A DNA stretch of 64,000 nucleotides from the human T2T-CHM13v2.0 reference genome, Homo sapiens. Below, one piece after another: positions 59,095-64,000 of the stretch; positions within the stretch are counted from its first letter, which is position 1; each line of letters begins with the position of its first letter. The stretch is taken from assembly GCF_009914755.1 (NCBI RefSeq), contig NC_060947.1; one strand, written 5' to 3'. A model generated the notes under the pieces. The model searched no databases. It was not told the DNA's origin and was given only the letters and a program-made list of their open reading frames with translations. A program made the translations under genes and the position numbers.

Positions 59095-59350
59095 GAAATT
59101 GCATTATGGTTAATAGCCTGAGATATGGAGTTACAAAGACCTATGTCCAAGTTGCACACTTTGATTTATGATCTATCTTGCCTAGTGCAACTTATTTAAC
59201 TTCTAAGTCCCAGGTATTTATTATTTAATATTTAAATAATAATAATACCTACTTTACAGATTATAGTGGGAATTTTATGAAATAATGCACATAAAATATT
59301 TAGGACAGTAGCTGGAAAAAAGTATTTGTTCAATAAATGCGTACTGTACT
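59095..59350 (+). mobile_element. MIR
   Basis: atggttaatagcctgagatatggagttacaaagacc...aataatacctactttacagatt...ttgttcaataaatg. Confidence 0.7.
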
Positions 59351-59784
59351 ATTTGTAATGGTTTTTATTTGAAACACAGTCCTTTTTTCAATATCAGACG
59401 TGGCTTCATAGCAAAAGTTAGGGTAACAAGAAAGTGGGAGAGAAAGTGATGTTACCCATTTATGAAAACCAAAATCATCAAATTTTTATCAATTGATTAA
59501 AACAACTAAAAATCATTAATCCAGAAATTACCCTCCCAGAGATAAGGTAAAATTGTCTTAACGAATGTGGGCATGGGGAGGCAGCTCAGCAATTCCCCTC
59601 GAGGGTTAGTTTTATATTCCTATTATTTGAGTTACTTGTAAAAATAAAAAAATTGATTGTCTTCTTTCAAAGAATAACACTTGAGCAAAGTCAATTTTGG
59701 GTTGCATTTACGTAACACAAAATAATTACTTCAAAGTGGAAGGGAGTGGGCAGGGTAAAGCAACTTATTTTATATCATATGCTC

Positions 59785-60251
59785 TGCTGTGTTTTGTATA
59801 CAGGTTTATTTGTCCTTACTAAAATTTATGTGGAAATTTGATCCCCCATGTAGCAGTGCTGAGAGGTGAAGCCTGTTGGGAGGCATTTGGGTAATGGAGG
59901 TGGATCCCCTGTGAATGACTTGGTGTTGTTCTAGTATCAGTGAGTGAGCTCTTACACTCAAGAGACTAGATTCATTCTTATGGAAATGGATTAGTTCCCA
60001 GGAGAGTGGGTTGCTATAAAGTCAGGATGCCCCTCAGTGTTTTCACTCTTCACATGTGTCTACTTCTTTTTCTACCTTCTCTGCCATATTGTGATACAGC
60101 ACAAAATCCCTCACCAGAAACCAGAGCTGTAATTGCAGCTAGCCCCTTCAACTTCTCAGTCTGCAGAACCATGAGCTAATTAAACCTCTTTTCTTGATAA
60201 ATTACCCAGTGTCAAGTATTCCTTTATAGCAACCTGAAACAGAATAAGACG
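59785..60251 (+). mobile_element. MST (MaLR) solo LTR
   Basis: gaaatttgatcccccatgtagcagtgctgagaggtg...ataaattacccagtgtcaagtattcctttatagcaac...aataagac. Confidence 0.85.
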
Positions 60252-60586
60252 TTTCATAGAGCTATTTTAACATAATACACTGAATTTTTTAAAATTTTGA
60301 CAAATCGATGCTGCATTCTTTAACCAAAGAAATAAAGAGTGCAATTATATTTTGATATCCTGCCTCAAGATTTTTTGTTACTAGAGTAATAGCTGCCAGT
60401 GCCATATATACATGAGAAAAAATAACATCAGGGGTAGACAAAAATTACCTAGAAAAAAATAACTTCTTTTTCCTCTGACTCTTCCAACAAAGTTTTTATT
60501 CAGACTGCAATTATATGACTTTTGGCCAAATGAATATAAACACAGATTTTAGCAAGCTAAATGAATGAAGAATGAAGCTCATACTA

Positions 60587-61105
60587 TGGGTAGCAATATT
60601 GCTATGTGTTCATTAAAATCTGTTTCTCTTTCTCCTAGGCAAGTAGAATACATTTCCCAAACCATTTTTCAGTTACGAGTGACTATTAAATCTATTTCTC
60701 ATCCATGGAATGTAGGCAGAATTTAAAGTACACCATTTTGAGACCTGACTCATAAAAACTTCATGCACATTTTCTTATACAACTAAACAAATAACTACCA
60801 TTTGACCCAGCAATTGCAATTCTACACATTTTTTTTCCAGGGGAATGAAAATTTACATTTACACAAAAAATAGATTCTCCTGTACAGTCTCCCTCCCTTT
60901 TCCCACTTGCTTGCTGAATGGAGAAGACTCAAAACCATGTTTTGAAGGTGGCTAAGCCACAAAATGGAAAGAGTCTATGTCCGTAAATCACCATGTTCGT
61001 AGTTTACCTCCAGATTTGGTATTTCTGCAAGTGAGAAATAAATTTCTATTGTGTTTTGTTCAGAGTTTATTTGTTATGAAAGCTAGTAATGCCTTAACTT
61101 GTATA
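60587..61105 (+). mobile_element. MLT1J-like LTR with a short L1 piece inside
   Basis: tacatttccca...atggaatgtaggcagaa...agccacaaaatggaaagagtct...gtgagaaataaatttctattgtgtt. Confidence 0.65.
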
Positions 61106-62297
61106 GCATATACCACAAAATAAATACCTTAATATGTGAAACACTTCTAAGGTATATTTCCTAAAGTATCATTATATGTCATTTTGATAGTTGAAAATAC
61201 AAAGAAAGTCATATGATTTGTTAAGTTAAATATGTTGATAGGATATTAAGCATTGATATAGCTAAGTAAATATTTTTTGAAAAAATGCACAACGACAAAT
61301 CTTAATGCAGGACAACCAGGAAGATAAATTTTAAAAAGGACTAAAATGAATAAAATCAGAGATGAAAAAGGAGACATTACAACCAATACTGCAGGAATTC
61401 AAAAAATCATTAGAGGTTAGTATGAACAACTGTACAGCAATAAACAGAAAAACCTAGGAGCAATGGATAAACTGCTAGACACATAAAACCTACCAAGATT
61501 GAGCCATGAAGAAATCCAAGACATGGTCAGACCAAAAACAAGTACCTAGATCAAAGTCACAATAGAAAGTCTACCGGCAAAGAAAAACCCCAGGATCCAA
61601 TGGCTTCACTGCAGAATTTTACCAAATATTTAAAAGGAAGTAATACCAATCTTACTCAAGCTATCCCAAAAACTGGAGAAGGAGGAAATACTTTCAAACT
61701 AATTTTGTGAATCTAGAATTACCATGATATAAAACGAAAGACCCATTTAAAAAAAAAAAAACTATAGGTCAATATCACTGAAGAACATTAATGCAAATAT
61801 CCTCAACAAAAACCCAGTAAACCAATTTCAACAATACATTAAAAATATCATTCATTATGACTACATGGGTCTTGTCACAGGGATGCAAGTATAGTTTAAC
61901 ATATGCAGATCAATCAATGTGATGCATCATATCAACAGAATGAAGGAAGAAATTATATAGTCATTTCAACTGATGTGCAAAAGCATTTGATAAAATTCAA
62001 AATCCTTTTATAATAAAAACCCTCAAAACACATGGACAGAAGAAACAAACCTCAACATAGCAAAAGCCACACACAACAAACCCACAACTAGTATCATACT
62101 CAGTGAGAAAAAACTGAAAGCCTATTCTGTAAGATATGTAATATGACCAAAACCAAAACCATATGCAGATCAATCAATGCTATACAGCTTATCAACAGAA
62201 TGAAGGATAAATCACATGATGAAAATGCCCACTTTCATCACTGTTATTAAACATATTGGAAGTCCTAGCTAGAACAATCAGATAAGAGAAAGTAAAA

Positions 62298-62374
62298 GGA
62301 AGGGAGGGAGGGAAGGAAGGGAGGGAGGGAAGGAAGGAAGGAAGGAAGGAAGGAAGGAAGGAAGGAAGGAAGGA
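62298..62374. repeat. GGAA/GGGA microsatellite with (GGAA)11 pure core
   Basis: Pure GGAA 62328-62371. Confidence 0.95.
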
Positions 62375-62593
62375 GAAAGGGGAAAATGGCATTAAAATTG
62401 GAAAGGAAGAAATCAAATTATGTTTGTTTGCAGATGATATAATGTTATATTTGGAAAAACCTAAACACTCCACCAAAAAACTTGTGTAACTGATAAACAA
62501 ATTCAATGTAGTTGCAGGATACAAAATCAACATACAAATTAATACCATTGTATTTGCCAACAGCAAGAAATCTGAAAATCAAATTTTAAAAAC

Positions 62594-62708
62594 TTACAAT
62601 AGCTACTAATAAAATTAAATACTTACTAATAGCTACTAATAAAATTAGTACAATTACAATTGCTACTAATAAAATTACAATTACAATAGCTACTAATAAA
62701 ATTAAATA
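62594..62708. repeat. AT-rich minisatellite, 4 copies of aat(a/t)gctactaataaaatta with variable spacers
   Basis: Core gctactaataaaatta occurs four times. Confidence 0.9.
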
Positions 62709-62714
62709 TTTAAA

Positions 62715-64000
62715 GAGGTTCCAAGACGGCCGAATAGGAACAGCTCCAGTCTACAGCTCCCAGCATGAGCCATGCAGAAGACGGGTGATTTCTGCATTTC
62801 CAACTGAGGTACCAGGTTCATCTCACTGGGGCTTATCAGGCAGTGGGTGCAGGACACTGGGTGCAGCCCAGTGAGAGTGAGCCAAAGCAGGGCGAGGCAT
62901 CGCCTCACCCAGGAAGTGCAAGGGGTCAGGGAATTCCCTTTTCTAGTCAAAGGAAGCTGTAACAGATAGTACCTGGAAAACTGGGTCACTCCCACCCTAA
63001 TACTGTACTTTTTCAATGGTCTTAGCAAATGGCACACCAGAAGAATATATCCTATGCCTGGCTCAGAGGGTCCCATGCCCACGGAGCCTTGCTCATTGCT
63101 AGCACAGCAGTCTGAGATCTAACTGCAAGGTGGCAGCGAGGCTGGGAGAGGGGCGCCCGCCATTGCTGAGGCTTGAGTAGGTAAACAAAGCGGCCAGGAA
63201 GCTCGAACTGGGTGGAGCCCACCTCAGCTCAGACTCCACCTGTGGGGGCAGGGCATAGCTCAAGAAAAGGCAGCAGAAACTTCTGCAGACTTAAATGTCC
63301 CTGTGTGACAGCTTTGAAGAGAGTAGTGGTTCTCCCAGTACAGAGTTTGAGATCTGAGAAAGGACAGACTGCCTCCTCAAGTGGGTCCCTAACACCCAAG
63401 TAGCATAACTGGAAGGCTCCTCCCAGAAGAGACTGACTGAAACCTCACGGCCAGGTGCCCCTCTGAGACGAAGCTTCCAGAAGAAAAATCAGGCAGCAAC
63501 AATTGTTGTTCTGCAATATTCACTGTTCTGCAGCCTCCGCTGGTGATACCCAGGAAAACAGGGTCTGGAGTGGACCTCCAGCAAACTCCAACAGACCTGC
63601 AGCTGAGGATCCTGACTGTTAGAAGGAAAACTAACATAAAGAAAGGACATCCACAAGAAAACCCCACCTGTACATCACCGTGATCAAAGACCAAAGGTAG
63701 ATAAAACCACAAAGATGGGGAGAAACCAAAGCAGAAAAGCTGAAAATTCTAAAAATCAGAGCTCCTCTTCTCCTCCAGAGGAATGCAGCTCCTCGCCAGC
63801 AATGGAAGAAAGGTGGGTGGAGAATGACTTTGATGAGTTGAGAGAAGAAGGCATCAGATGTTTGAACCCATCACAAAGAAGCTAAAAACCTTGAAAAAAG
63901 ATTAGACAAATGGCTAACTAGAGTAAACAGTGTAGAGAAGACATTAAATGACCTGATGGAGCTGAAAACCATGGCATGAAAAGTATGTGATGAATGCACA
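62715..64000 (+). mobile_element. 5' end of an L1PA (L1PA5/6-like): 5'UTR promoter and broken ORF1, runs off the window
   Basis: ccaagacggccgaataggaacagctccagtctacagctcccagc start; ORF1 ATG at 63715 (MGRNQSRKAENSKNQ); short deletion near 63860 and TGA near 63977. Confidence 0.95.

Larger units (their letters stand above)
61340..62712 (+). mobile_element. L1M(A) ORF2 fragment
   Basis: aataaaatcagagatgaaaaaggagacattacaacc...tttgcagatgatataatg (FADD)...aaaatcaacatacaaa. Confidence 0.85.

Overview
Primate nuclear DNA, almost certainly human (a near-perfect AluYa5 is present), AT-rich and dominated by interspersed repeats. I cannot support any protein-coding gene, RNA gene or CRISPR-like array: the informative ORFs in the track are broken LINE-1 ORF1/ORF2 pieces or their antisense, Alu read-throughs, ERV gag/pro/env remnants or microsatellite translations, and the rest are short frames with no recognisable domain. 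Bases 1-12,000 are mostly unique sequence with ancient SINE/MITE relics, a few candidate non-coding exons and a pure (GAA.TTC)47 tract at an Alu tail. From 12,000 to the end is a nested fossil record: a Charlie1 hAT transposon split by Alu, MER54 and L1MA; several L1PA/L1PB/L1M elements; an MLT1B LTR split by an L1PB that carries a 3' transduction; and a two-LTR ERV1 provirus (35705-49666) with two L1 insertions. The best observations are mechanistic: the 3' transduction, a spliced and an unspliced L1PB 5'UTR side by side, a probable gene-conversion tract between two inverted L1PAs, a twin-priming inversion, a zero-spacer inverted Alu pair and an ancient 100-nt hairpin. I did not find evidence for a new multi-gene biological system. 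Repeat family names come from recalled consensus sequences and need RepeatMasker/Dfam confirmation; boundaries of old elements are approximate.
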